Shown: piece after piece, positions 24,346 to 36,149 of the stretch
Numbering within the stretch: position 1 is the stretch's first letter
Layout of the letters: every line of letters begins with the position of its first letter
Assembly: GCA_030390025.1 (NCBI GenBank)
Contig: CM059431.1
Coordinates: 132,992,001 to 133,056,000, forward strand
Reading direction: 5' to 3'
Length of the DNA: 64,000 bases
Source: Squalus acanthias
Taxonomy: Eukaryota
Made by a program: the position numbers and the translations under genes
Notes under the pieces: model-generated
Told to the model about the DNA's origin: nothing
The model's input: the letters and a program-made list of their open reading frames with translations, nothing else
The model's database searches: none

Positions 24346-24487
24346 GAAGACAGAAAATGCTGGAAATACTCAGCAGGTCAGGCAACATCCGTGGAGAGAG
24401 AAAGAGTGTTCATGTCTCAGGTCGAGATGCTGCCTGACCTGCTGAGTATTTCCACCATTTTATGCTTTTATTTCAGATTTACAGCAT
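24346..24487. repeat. Inverted-repeat (hairpin) element derived from the Penelope terminal repeat
   Basis: Arms cagaaaatgctggaaatactcagcaggtcaggcaacatc and gatgctgcctgacctgctgagtatttccaccattttatg. Same sequence as 10995-11040 and 43165-43220. Confidence 0.85.
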
Positions 24488-25402
24488 CGACTCACAGAGG
24501 GATAAGGAAGTCATAGAAGAGGAGGAAGCAGAAGAGGAGGATGCAGAAGAGGAGGATGCAACTCAGACAGCCCCTTTCTGGTCAGGATCATCCACCTGCG
24601 ATACCAGTGACCACAACCCCAATTCCCCTTTCAACATTTGTCCCACACCTTACCTTCCCTCTGTTACTGACCGTCACAGCATCCTCTTAGCCACAATGCT
24701 GAAATAAAAGACACCACTAAGTAAACTTTCCAATCCAACTTTATACATCTATCCATCCAAAATAACATCAAGAAATCAACTCATCACCCTTATGCATTCC
24801 GTTAATGACTGTCTTGTGTGTGCTTTTGCCTATCCTACTGATGTCACGCAGTGCTACCCCAGTGGCTGCAGCATGGTTGGTGGAAGGCTGCTGACTTTCA
24901 GTGGGGGGACACTGCAAATGGCCTTGCTGGTCGACCTTGAGGAGCTGGTGGCTGGCTAGGAGTGTCAATCAAGTGACGGTGTTCCTTCTTCTTCTTCTTC
25001 TTCTTCTTTTTCACTCTCTTCTTCCTCTTCTTGGTCAACCATTGGCTGGGCAGGCTGCATTTCTTGGGTGTGTGAAATGAGGAAGGCACAAGGGTGGAGT
25101 TGTGGTGAGGGGAGGGCGGTAAAGCAAGAGGTGCATGCCAGAAGGAGGATAACATATAAGGATACCAGCATCTTTTATCCTTTCAACCCCACCACTGGCC
25201 AAGGGCTCAGCCATGGCCCTGTCAAGAATGACCTGCACCATCTCCTGCAAGGGGTGAGGTGAAGCTAGGAATTGGAGGTGTGCCTCGTCATTGGTGCAGA
25301 TTGTGGTAGGTGAGTGATTGGGGGTGGGGGCCGTGCATTGAGCTAGTGTGTGAGGCTAGTGGTGCAGTTGGTAGGAGACGGGTTTTGAAGATGCATTCAC
25401 TG

Positions 25403-25632
25403 ACCTTGACCAGTGGTCTGAGGTCATGAAGCTTTGTTGGGCACTGGAGCCAGGTCCTGGGGGTGACACTGCTGGCAGTGACGGCCTCAGTGATCTGGAC
25501 CCACATCGTTGTTTCTGAGGGCCTCCTGGCCCCTGTGGGTAGAGGACCTCTCTTGCAGTGTTGACCCCTTGCACAAAGCTGGAGTGCTGCGTGCGAGATC
25601 CTGGGTGCCCCTTCCCTGGCTTGCCGAGCCAT
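25403..25632 (-). pseudogene. Myb/SANT exon 1 of Harbinger copy 2 (frameshifted)
   Basis: MARQAREGAPRISHAAL / AREVLYPQG / WVQITEAVTASSVTPRTWLQCPTKLHDLRPLVK, followed by gtcagt. Confidence 0.8.
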
Positions 25633-25936
25633 TTGTGTTAGTGCTAAAGCACTTACCCAGTTTTTTAGGTGTGGATGGGAATTCGGTTTTTAAGAACTGA
25701 AGACTTCCATTTGGGAATTCCTTTTAATGCTAATCATTTTCAGTTGGCAATTTTTACATCATTTTTAATTTTTTTATTTCAGAAGGCATTGCCCCTTTAA
25801 GAAAGTGACTGTGCTTTCTGAAATCGCAGCCTCGCTTTCAGAGCAGCCTATTCTAGCAGCAACAACGCCTGGGCCACACTACATTGGAGCCTCCTGCCTG
25901 TACAAACGCCACCAGGACAGCACTCCACAGTGAGTT

Positions 25937-26405
25937 AAAAGAAAGAAAGACTTGCATTTATATAGCGCCTTTCATGACCACCGGACGTCCCAAAGCACTT
26001 TACAGCCAATGAAGTACTTTTGAAGTGGAATCACTGTTGTAATGTGGGAAACGCGGCAGCCAAATTGCGCACAGCAAGCTCCCACAAACAGCAATGTGAA
26101 AATGACCAGATAATCTGTTTTTGTTATGTTGGTTGAGGGAGATATATAGGTCAGGACAACGGGGATAACTCCCCTACTCTTCTTCGAAATAGTGCCATGG
26201 GATCTTTTACATCCACCTGAGAGAGCAGACGGGGCCTCGGTTTAACGTCTCATCCGAAAGACGGCACCTCTGACAGTGCAGCACTCCCTCAGTACTGCAC
26301 TGGAGTGTCAGCCTAGCTTTATGTGCGCAAGTCCCTGGAGTGAGACTTGAACCCACAAACTTCTGACTCAGAGGCGAGTGTGCTACAAACGGAGCCACAG
26401 CTGAC
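25937..26405 (-). mobile_element. Full-length tRNA-headed DeuSINE (SacSINE1-like)
   Basis: A box tggctccgtttg and B box ggttcaagtct. Deu-type core tctttcggatgagacgttaaaccgagg...aaagatcccatggcact. L2-type tail ending (tctt)n. Confidence 0.88.
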
Positions 26406-27122
26406 AAGCGCTGGGCTAATGATAATTAGTCCCCAGCTCCAATTTTTCAGTCCTGCCAATGCCACCATTTTTGGCAGCCATGAACACCCGGCCGCGTTGG
26501 CACGCGCAGCTTTTGTGGCAGCCATAAATTTCTAGGCCATTATCTGATGCATACCTTGCTGATCTTGCTGAATAACCTGCTGTGGGTTTCCAGCATTTTC
26601 TGTTTTTATTACTGCCCTAGGATGGTCTGCAAATATTTTCATGCAGGCACATAACAATGCTGTATGATATTATAGTCAATCTGTCAGAAAGCAGCAATGA
26701 CAGATGAATAGGAAAGGAAATTGATAAAGAGGGTGTGTAAGATTATGTAACCACCAGGGACACTTGAAATGCCATAATCTAATCACTTATATTAAGGACA
26801 ATCAAGCATCACTGAACTGTAGTGGATAAGTACAATTGGTACACATATGTACACAGACACGATGGGCCGAATGGCCTCCTTCTATGCCGTAAATTTCTAT
26901 GGTTCTATGACTCTATGTGAAAGTGCCATCTAGGACCGTAATTCAACTTGAAAAATTGAAACAGGCTGTAATAGAATGAGTGGGTTGGGAGAAAGATTAA
27001 ATTTGTTGCGGAAGAAAATTATTTTTTTAAAAATGACATTAACAAGACTGGAAGAAAGGAAAGAGTTACATAGATTATGATTTTAAAGACGCTATTATCT
27101 CATACGAATCAAAGTCATGCGC

Positions 27123-27435
27123 ACTGTAAGAAAATGTAGCTGTATTATACAATTAAAAACTGTTAAGGATATCTATCTATACCATACTATACAACCTGTA
27201 AGAATACGTAACTGTATCATATTATACAAACTGTAAGGACATGTAGATGTATCACACTATACAAAATTAAATAAATCTGTTGGACTATAACCTGGTGTTG
27301 TGTGACTTCTCATTTTTGTCCACCCCAGTCCAACGCCGGCATCTCCACATCATGACTATACAAACTGTAAGTTTATGCCAGTTGTATTGTGTTATACAAT
27401 CTGTAAAGACATGTAGCTGTATCATACTACACAGT
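27123..27435 (+). repeat. Minisatellite of about 35 bp, about 6 diverged units, interrupted by a Penelope fragment
   Basis: Approximate unit actgtaaggacatgtagctgtatcatactatacaa. Confidence 0.8.
27270..27354 (+). repeat. Terminal-repeat fragment of a second, probably Penelope-like, family
   Basis: ctgttggactataacctggtgttgtg matches the reverse complement of 51369-51396, directly downstream of the hammerhead there. Confidence 0.65.
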
Positions 27436-29193
27436 ACCAGAAGGACCTGGAAACAGATGCACAAAGGGAGTCTGTCAAGTAAAGACTAACTAACAGTACC
27501 AAATATCTAGTCAATGGCCCAACATTGCATGTCATGTTGTGCTGCCTGTCAATCTCCACACACATGCCTAGCCCTCACGGAACCTTACAGCTCTTTCTCT
27601 GCATCTCATGCATAACAATATCTCACACGTTCACGATGCAAAGTACAATTTAAAAAAACTTGCCGCGCTCACATCTTCCAAAGCCAGAACATTTCAACTC
27701 ACTGACACTGGTTGGCATGCAGGTTGTGAGGTTGTGCACGTACACTCTGTGTGCTCCTTCAGCTTCCAACCTCTCAAGATTACTTTTTTGCTTGTGCAAG
27801 ATACCTCAAGGAAACAATCCCAAGCTGCAGAAAGGCCACCCTCACCAAGCATTGACATGTCCAAATAGCCCTGGGAAGAGGATCTGTGGACCCATCTGCT
27901 TGGGTTACAGGAGATCTATGCAACCAGCCTTGAGTATAGCCAGACTATGCTCTGATAAATCCTCAGTGTGGAAATTCTACCCCCCATGTTATTTGTAGCT
28001 AAATCAAGCTTTTCTCTGTCTCAAAAGCTCACCATTTGGTTGATCCCCACCTGAATTGTAGCGTATTTTGGCCAAAAACTTCATTTTAATCTGTGGCAAT
28101 TACATTAAAATAAGGTTGGGTGCAATTCCCCAGTGTTTCTATGAGGAATATACCATGCACTCTGATCACCAGTATAAAATAGGCAATGAAGGGAAGGCAA
28201 GTTTTGGGATATTCAGGAACTGAGTGGGTAGTTGAAGCTATTTTGCTGGATTTTTCATTGTTGAAATCTAACTTATTTAAATAGATATTTCATTTAGTTC
28301 TCCTCTGAGGTTTTTTGAGGCAGAGAAGTGGATGAAAGGAGGGATAATAGATAGATGTGCTTACATCAAAGGTTCCCATCATCTGTTCCTACTCTTTCCC
28401 ACTGATCTACCAATACAGGCACACTGCTGAAGGAAAATTACCTTTGCAGGCTGTTTCTCCAGTGGCAGATTTATACCGTCTGCGGAATCTGGTCTGCAGA
28501 TAACAGAAGAACATAAGAATATAAGAGCAGGAATAGGCCACTTGGCCCCTCGAGCCAGCTCCGACATTCAATAAGATCATGGCTGATCTTGGGCTCAAAG
28601 CCACTTCCCTGCCCGTTCCCCAGAACCCTTCATTCCCTTATCTTGCAAAAATCTGTCTATCTCCACCTTAAATGTATTTAATGACCCAGCCTCCACAGCT
28701 CTCTGGGGCAGAGAATTCCACAGATTTACGACCCTCTGAGAGAAGAAATTCCTCCTCATCTCAGTTCTAAAAGGGCGACCCTTTATTCTGAAACTATGCC
28801 CCCGAGTTCTAGATTTCCCCACGAGGGAAAACATCCTCTCAGCATCTACCTTGTCGAGCCCCCTCAGTATCTTAAATGTTTCAATAAGATCACCTCTCAT
28901 TCTTCTAAATTCCAATGAGTATAGGCCCAACCTGCTCAACCTTTCTTCATAAGTCAACCCCCTCATCTCTGGAATTAACCTAGTGAATCGTCTCTGAACT
29001 GCCTCCAATGCAAGTATATCCTTCCTTAAATAAGGAGACCAAAACTGTACGCAGTACTCAAGGTGTGGTCTCACCAATACCCTATACAGTTGTAGCAGGA
29101 CTTCCCTGCTTTTATACTCCAACACCCTTACAATAAAGGCCAACATTTCATTTGCCTTGTTGATTATTTGCTGTACCTGCATGCTAACTTTTT

Positions 29194-29642
29194 GGGCTGG
29201 ATTTTCAATGACCCGTGGAGTCGGGTTTGGAGGCGTGTGGGGGGTTAAAGTTGCAGATTCGGGGGTCCTGACCCCATCCCGACTCCATTCCGCCTCCACG
29301 CAATTTTGACAAAATCAGTCACGGGGTTCCCGACTCCGTCCCGCCTCCAAGAGGCGGGAGAGACCATTAAAGCCCTTAACAAGCCCTAAATTGGCTCTGT
29401 AATGCCTTTTTGAAATGTTTTAGCTAGTTTAACTCTTTTCCGATGTGAAGTACGCCTGATGTGAAACACGCCAGTGAAACCTGGCGGGAGCACAAGTGGA
29501 TAGCTGACTATCGGCTGCAGGTCCACTATTACAACGGAGATGTGATGAAGGTAGTAGTAGTATTAGGTCTGAAAGTCGCCTCTGATGCTGCTGCATTGAA
29601 TGTCTTCAGAGACTGCCTGGGAGGACTTGGTTGCAAAAAAAA

Positions 29643-29683
<41 letters not shown>

Positions 29684-29932
29684 GCTGCTCATTTTGCATC
29701 CAGGTCCTCTCACAGCAAAGGCCAGGCGATCTCTGAGACCAGGCAGTCTCTGACCTGCAATGATGACATCATCAGAGGCGACTTTCAGACTGAAACCACT
29801 AATTGGGTCATGGGTTCCCACATGTTGGAACTCAATTGCCCAATTAAGTGAAAATTGCATCATTCATCCACATTAATCTGGAGTCAGGGGGGCAACACGA
29901 ACCCAACCCAACCCCAAGACAAAATCCAGCCC
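29194..29932. mobile_element. Non-autonomous Harbinger-type TIR element inserted in CR1 ORF2
   Basis: Perfect 12-bp TIR gggctggatttt / aaaatccagccc. The CR1 frame (LGVLVHET...QKVSMQV) is split exactly here. Internal (CT)n tract. Confidence 0.9.
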
Positions 29933-32306
29933 AGTGTTTCATGCACAAGGACCCCCAGATCCCTCTGAACTGTAGCAGTTTGTAATCTCTCTCCATTTAA
30001 ATAATGATTTGCTTTTTTATTTTTCCTGCCAAAGTGGATAACCTTGCACTTTCCCACATTATACTCCATCTGCCAAATGTTTGCCCACTCATTTAGCCTG
30101 TCTATATCCCTTTGCAGATTCTTTAAGCCCTCTACACAACTTGCTTTCCCGTCCATCTTTGTATCATCCGCAAACTTGGCTACATTACACTCGGTCCCTT
30201 CATCCAAGTCATTAATGTAGATTGTAAATAGTTGAGGCCTGAAGCAACGATCCCTGTGGCACCCCACTAGTTAACGTTTGCCAACCGGAAAATGACCCAT
30301 TTATCCTGACTCTCTGCTTTCTGTTAGTTAGCCAATTCTCTATCCATGCTAATATATTACCCACAACTCCGTGAGCTCTTATCTTATGCAGTAACCTTTT
30401 ATGTGGCACCTTATCGAATACCTTCTGGAAATCCAAATACACCACATCTACTGGTTCACCTTTGTCCACCCTGCTCGTTACATCCTCAAAGAACTCCAGC
30501 AAATTTGTTAAACATGATTTCCCTTTCATAAAAACATGCTGACTCTGCTTGACTGCATTATGATTTTCCAAATGCCCTGCTACTGCTTCCTTAATGAAGG
30601 ACTCCAGCATTTTCCCAATGACAGATGTTAGGCTAACTGGTCTATAGTTTCCTGCTTTCTGTCTCCCTCCTTTCTTAAATAGGGGTGTTACATTTGCGGT
30701 TTTCCAATCCGCTGGGACCTCTCCAGAGTCCAGGGAATTTTGGTATATTGCAACCAATGCATCCACTATCTCTGCAGCCACTTCTTTTAAGACCCTGGGA
30801 TGCAGGCCATCTGGTCCAGGGAACTTGTCGTCTTTTAGTCCCATTATTTTACCAAGTACTTTTTCCATAGTGATAGTGATTGTCTTTAGTTCCCCCCTCC
30901 CTGTGGCCCCTTGATTATCCATTACTGGGATGTTGTTAGTGTCTTCTACCGTGAAGACAGATACAAAATATTTGTTTGGAGTCTCTGCCATTTCCCCGTT
31001 CCCCATTATTAATTCCCCAGTCTCATTCTCTAAGGGACCAACATTTACTTTAGCTACTCTCTTCCTTTTTATATACCTGTAGAAGCTCTTACTATCTGTT
31101 TTAATATTTCTTGCCAGTTTACTCTCATAATTTATCTTCTCTCTATTATTTTTTTAGTCATCCTTTGCTGGTTTTTAAAAATTTCCCAATCCTCTGGTCT
31201 CCCACCAAACTTGGCAACATTGTATGTCTTCATTTTCAATTTGATACCATCCTTTACTTCCTTAGTTAGCCACGAATGGTGCTCCCTTCTCTTAAAATCT
31301 TTCTTTCTCACTGGAATATATTTCTGTTGAGAGTTATGAAATATCTCCTTAAATGTCTGCCACTGCATTTCAACTGTCTTACCCTTTAATTTATTTTTCC
31401 AGCCCACTTTAGCCAGTTCTGCCCTCATGCCATTGTAAATTGCCTTTGTTTAAGATCAGGACACTGGTTTGAAATACAACTTTCTCACCCTCCAACTGAG
31501 TTTGAAATTTAACCATGCTATGATCACTCTTTCCTAGAGGATCCTTTACTATGAGATCATTTATTAATTCTGTCCCAGATCTAAGATCCTGGTTGGTTCC
31601 ATTACATACTATTCTAGGAAACCATCCGGGATACACTCTATGAACTCCTCCTCAAGGCTACCATGGCCAATTTGATTTGTCCAATCAATATGGAGATTAA
31701 AATCACCCATGATTATTACCATACCTTTTTTACAGGCCTCCATTATTTGTTGATTTATACCCTGTCCAACAGTATTGTTACTGTTCGGGGGCCTGTAGAC
31801 TATGCCCACCAGAGACTTTTTCCCCTTGTTATTTTTTATCTCCACCCAAACCGAATCTGCATCTTGATCTTCTGAACCAATATCACTTCTCACCACTGCA
31901 CTGATCCCATCCTTTACCAACAAAGCCACCCCACCTCTCTTTCCTTTCTGTCTATCCTTCCGAATTGTCAAATACCCTGGAATATTCAGTTCCCAGCCCT
32001 GGTCACCTTGCAACCACGTCTCTGTAATGGCGATCAGATCATACCCATTTGTATCTAATTGTGCCATCAACTCATCTATCTTGTTACGAATGCTGCGTGC
32101 ATTCAGATATAGAGCTTTTAACTTTGTCTTTTTACCATTTCTCCTTGTTTTGGCCCCATTTTCTGTTGCACTCTTATTTTTAAACATTCTGTCCCTTCCT
32201 GTCACGCTCTGGTTATTATTTCCCCCATCCCTATCCTGCTCTATTGCTTTCTCATTTCTCATTGACTTTTTAAATTCTCGCTCACCTGGACCCTCCCCCC
32301 CACTAT

Positions 32307-33050
32307 TTAGTTTAAAGCCCTCTCTACAGCCCTAGTTATTCGATTCGCCAGGACTCTAGCCCCAGCATGGTTCAAGTGAAGCTCGTCCAAACGCAACAGC
32401 TCCCTCTTATCCCAGTACTGGTGCCAGTGCCCCACAAATCGAAACCCATTTCTCCCACACCAGTCTTTGAGCCACTCGTTCATTTCTCTGATCTTATTTA
32501 CCCTATGCAAATTCACTCGTGGCTCAGTTAGTAATCCAGAGATTATTACCTTTGTGGTTCTGCTTTTTAATTTAGCCCCTAGCTGCTCATACTCTTTCAA
32601 CAGAACCTCTTTCTTTGTCCTACCTATGTCATTGGTACCTACGTGGGCCATGACAACTGGATCTTCCCCCTCCCACTCCAAGTTCCTCTCCAGCCCAGAG
32701 GAGATGTCCTTAACCCTGGCACCGGGGCAGGCAACATAGCCTTCGGGACTCACGCTCTCGGCAGGAGAACAGTATCTATCCCCCTAACTATACTGTCCCC
32801 TATCACTACAACATTTCTTTTTATTCCCCCACCCTGTACCACAGGTGCTGTGGTCAGATTGCTCATCCTCCCTGCAGTCCCTGCTCTCGTCCACACAGGG
32901 AGCAAGAATCTCGTACCTGTTGGACAAGGCCAAGGGCTGAGGCTCCTCCATCACTACCTCCTGGATCCCAATACCTGCCTCGCTTGTAGTCACACCCTCC
33001 TGTCCCTGACCATGGGCCAAATTGGAAGTAATTACTCTAGTGGGTGTGAC
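32307..33050 (-). pseudogene. CR1 ORF1 with SGNH/GDSL esterase domain
   Basis: GDS motif near 32810-32790, then PGARV, GTND and LDELHLN, matching the SGNH block motifs. Confidence 0.85.
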
Positions 33051-33109
33051 TGCCTCCTGGAACTTAGTGTCCAGGTAACACTCCCCCTCCATAATGTGTT
33101 GCAGGGACG

Positions 33110-33830
33110 AGGAGTGACACATTAGCCTCTACTCCAAGGACAGCACTTCCAATAGCAGTCAAGTTCATTTCAGCACTGAATTTGTATGCCTCAAGCTCAT
33201 TCCAAGCTACCATTTGATGTATCAACAACAACAGCTGATACACAGTGCACATATGCATCAGGCAGATCACTGCTGCATGATCATCAGGCCAAACACAATC
33301 GGTTTCCTAATGGAAAACCAGCAGCAGAATAAGAATGCACTGCTATTCTTCCACATCTCCAAAGTCCAAGGTGTTATTGTTGGCACCCGTTTGGCCATCT
33401 CAGCCCTTACATACAAGCCCATACAACCACAAGGGGTTCCACGCCAACAATGTCCAGGTTGTCAGTGACCAGCAGCACAGGTAAATGCTCACTTTCTAGG
33501 TTGTGACTGGATTATTTGAAGGAGAAGGTAGACTGGAAGGATGGCTCCTAGGAGACAATAACTACCATCTTCAGCCCTGACACATGACTTATTTGCAACA
33601 GCTAGGAATACTATCAGGCCTGTTGAGCCAACAGGATCATTATTGTGCTTGAGAAGCACGGAGTCCAATGTCTGGATAGATCAGGGGACATATTACACCA
33701 CAAAGATCATCATTAGCTGCATGCTACACAACTTTGTTATCCAAAGAGGTCTAATTGTGGAGGAGGTTCACCCACAGCTAAGGGCTGAGCAGAATACTGA
33801 CAGTGCTCTGGAAGATATACCTGCTGAAAA
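33110..33830 (+). pseudogene. Heavily decayed Harbinger transposase (copy 3)
   Basis: Remnants TALPIAVKFISALNLYASSSFQ, SKVQGVIVGT, YNHKGFHANNVQVV, GWLLGDNNY, QCLDRSG and SCMLHNF. Confidence 0.8.
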
Positions 33831-34738
33831 CACATTTACTCAGCTAAGTGAGAAATAAAAATGGTGTCTGGAGCCACTTTGAAAAGTAAATGCAGCAATG
33901 TAATGAGTTGAAATTGCAGCCTTTTGAGTGGTTCTTTGCTAATCTGTATTTTAGTGAGTCAGTACACTTCAAATGCTTACTTAAGACAATGAGAAAAGAA
34001 TGACACTTGATTTTTCTGCAGGAGACGGTCTTAATGTGCCACCACAATTTAAAGTTTGATGATCCATAGCCAAGACTTTTAATTACATAGATTGAAAATA
34101 AATTGAGCCTTAGTCACACAGACCTAAATAAAATCAAAATGTTCAATTGATTTACAGGTAAAGAAAGAATGTGTATCATTTTATCAAGTCCTCAGAAGCA
34201 AAGTGCTTCACTGCCAATGAATTACTTTTAGGGTGAAGGAAAAATGTTGGCAAGGACATTGGAAGAACATCCTGCTCTTCAAATAAGGTTACATAAATGG
34301 AGAGGTCATTTCATTGAACAAATACCTTGCCATAGTCTGAATTTATACTCTAAAGATTTTGGTAAATATTTCAAAATGATGACAAATACTTAATAATATC
34401 ACGCAGTGATGGCCTCCTCAACTTATCACATGATGGTCTTTATCTACCTTAACCTTGGTTTAGAATTGTTTCTAAAGAACTATTTTCTACTACCCCACAG
34501 AATTCAATACTCAGACCTTAACCTTCTCATCCTTATTGTATCTTTACATAGGAATTGTGATCCCAATGTGGGAAATCAATGACTGGAACTGATTAAAGGA
34601 ATAGCTGAATAATGAAATAAATCAAACGACAAATAGTACTTAAATTCTAAATGTGAAATATTTGCACGCTGCACTCTCTACGAACTCTATTAGTGTTAAA
34701 TAAAACTGACTGCCCTGCACACAAACACAAATACGTTC

Positions 34739-35479
34739 GGCCCAAAAATTCGTGAGGAAGCCTTCGTGCGAGGGTAAGGCTTCCCCGCGATCTCTCACTG
34801 CGCGTTGGCTTTTTCAGTTCCAGCTCGCACGAACTTGATGTTCTGGACAGCTGCTGTGCTGGGCTTGCGTATCCCACAGGCGCAGTTAATTCGTGCGAGC
34901 TGTGGGATCACGTGACTCAGTTAGAGCCAATGGCAGCACACCATCTTCCATTCATAACTTTCACATAAGTGCTGTGAAAGCTATGAATACTATAGCCCCC
35001 CAAAAGAACAGCTAAACCTCAATTAAATTTAAAAAAACCATCACATTAATAAAATAAGTATAGTTAAATAAATTAACCATTTTAAATAAAAAATTAAATT
35101 TTTGAAAAAATTTAAAATCTTTTAAAAAGTTATAAAAATAAACTTACCTGTCTTTAAAGTCTCTAAAAAAGATATACCTGTTAAAAAAAATTCAAAATAA
35201 TACTTAATTCACTACTTACCTTGTTAAAAGTGGGTCTTACTCCTCCTTTTTTTATGTGTAAAATCTTCCATACTTACCTGCGCGTTGAAACCACTAAGTG
35301 CACTGCATGCGCGCAGCCTGTAGCGCGCACGCGGTTCACTTAGGAACCGCCCCCTTTTCCATTCACCAAGTGCCGGTTTTCAGCGCATGCGCAGTGCATG
35401 CAGAAAACCGGCAATTGGAGACAGAATACGCGAGAGTACACAGTGCGTACTCTCGCGTATCAACACAAATTTTTGGGCC
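34739..35479. mobile_element. MITE-like TIR element with CpG-rich arms and an AT-rich core
   Basis: TIRs ggcccaaaaattcgtg and cacaaatttttgggcc (15/16 match). No matching TSD. Confidence 0.8.
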
Positions 35480-36149
35480 AACTATTTCTCTGATAATTGT
35501 TACATTTTAAATTGCAATAACATAACTCTCATCCATAAAATATTTTCATTGGTTGAACTTTTTATGTTACCAGAAACTTTATTCTCTGTATGAGAATTAA
35601 ATTACAACAAGAAATGCTATTAAAACAGATATTGTCCTGATATTTTTGTTTCCAGTTGCCTTATAAAGCTAAACCTCCCACCATGTTCTTTTGCATCTGC
35701 AAACTATATGGGCTGAATGTTAATGTGGAAGAGCATGTGGGATTGGGTGCAGGTGGGGGGTGTTAAAGCCGGCGAAATTGACAGCATGTCGGGAAGCCAG
35801 CTCCAACCCGCTGAGTGCGAGCAACCCCTCAGGAGAGCTGGGTTGTCAATTTCCATATGCTGATGGCTCAATTAGAGCGATATTAACACACTGTTTACAG
35901 TTTAATGTCGGGTCCATGGGATTCCCGGTCTTCCTGAAACTTGCCAGTGAAACCATGGCGAGTACACAGTGGCAATTTAGGGGGCTGAAGCAATCTCAGG
36001 CAAAGATGCCAATAAATACTCAGTACTCACAGCTGCTTTCTTACCTGCTAGTGGGAAAGGGTTGGTTCACAGTACTTTTGTTGAGAGTTTACTTTGTACA
36101 ATTTAGAGGTTACTTTCTACACTTTGCAGGTTTGCTCTATCACATCAGG

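Larger units (their letters stand above)
23864..26538. mobile_element. Harbinger copy 2, internally deleted and decayed
   Basis: Ends aacttagaaatt and aatttctaggcc. Acidic transposase tail remnant at 24490-24570 (+), partner C-terminus at 24780-25060 (-), Myb exon at 25403-25632 (-). Confidence 0.75.
28503..33110 (-). mobile_element. Near full-length CR1 LINE (ORF1 esterase plus ORF2 APE-RT), frameshifted
   Basis: ORF1 LSNRYEIL, VVVIGDSIVRG and HVGTND. APE motifs LYLNARSI, IAITETWL, VYRPP and MGDFN. RT at 31006-29940 and C-terminus at 29190-28595. Tail at 28503. Confidence 0.95.

Noticed and set aside
26330..26405. tRNA gene
   Set aside because: The A and B boxes belong to a SINE head and no convincing cloverleaf is visible.
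27123..27435. CRISPR-like array (about 35-bp periodicity)
   Set aside because: Units are adjacent and diverged with no unique spacers, there are no cas genes, and the context is vertebrate.
29646..29678. (CT)n microsatellite as a separate feature
   Set aside because: It is internal to a MITE, as is the (GA)n tract at 19209-19227.
35270..35281. U1 snRNA 5' end (atacttacctg)
   Set aside because: Only 11 nt match and the rest of U1 does not follow. It is better read as an antisense splice donor.
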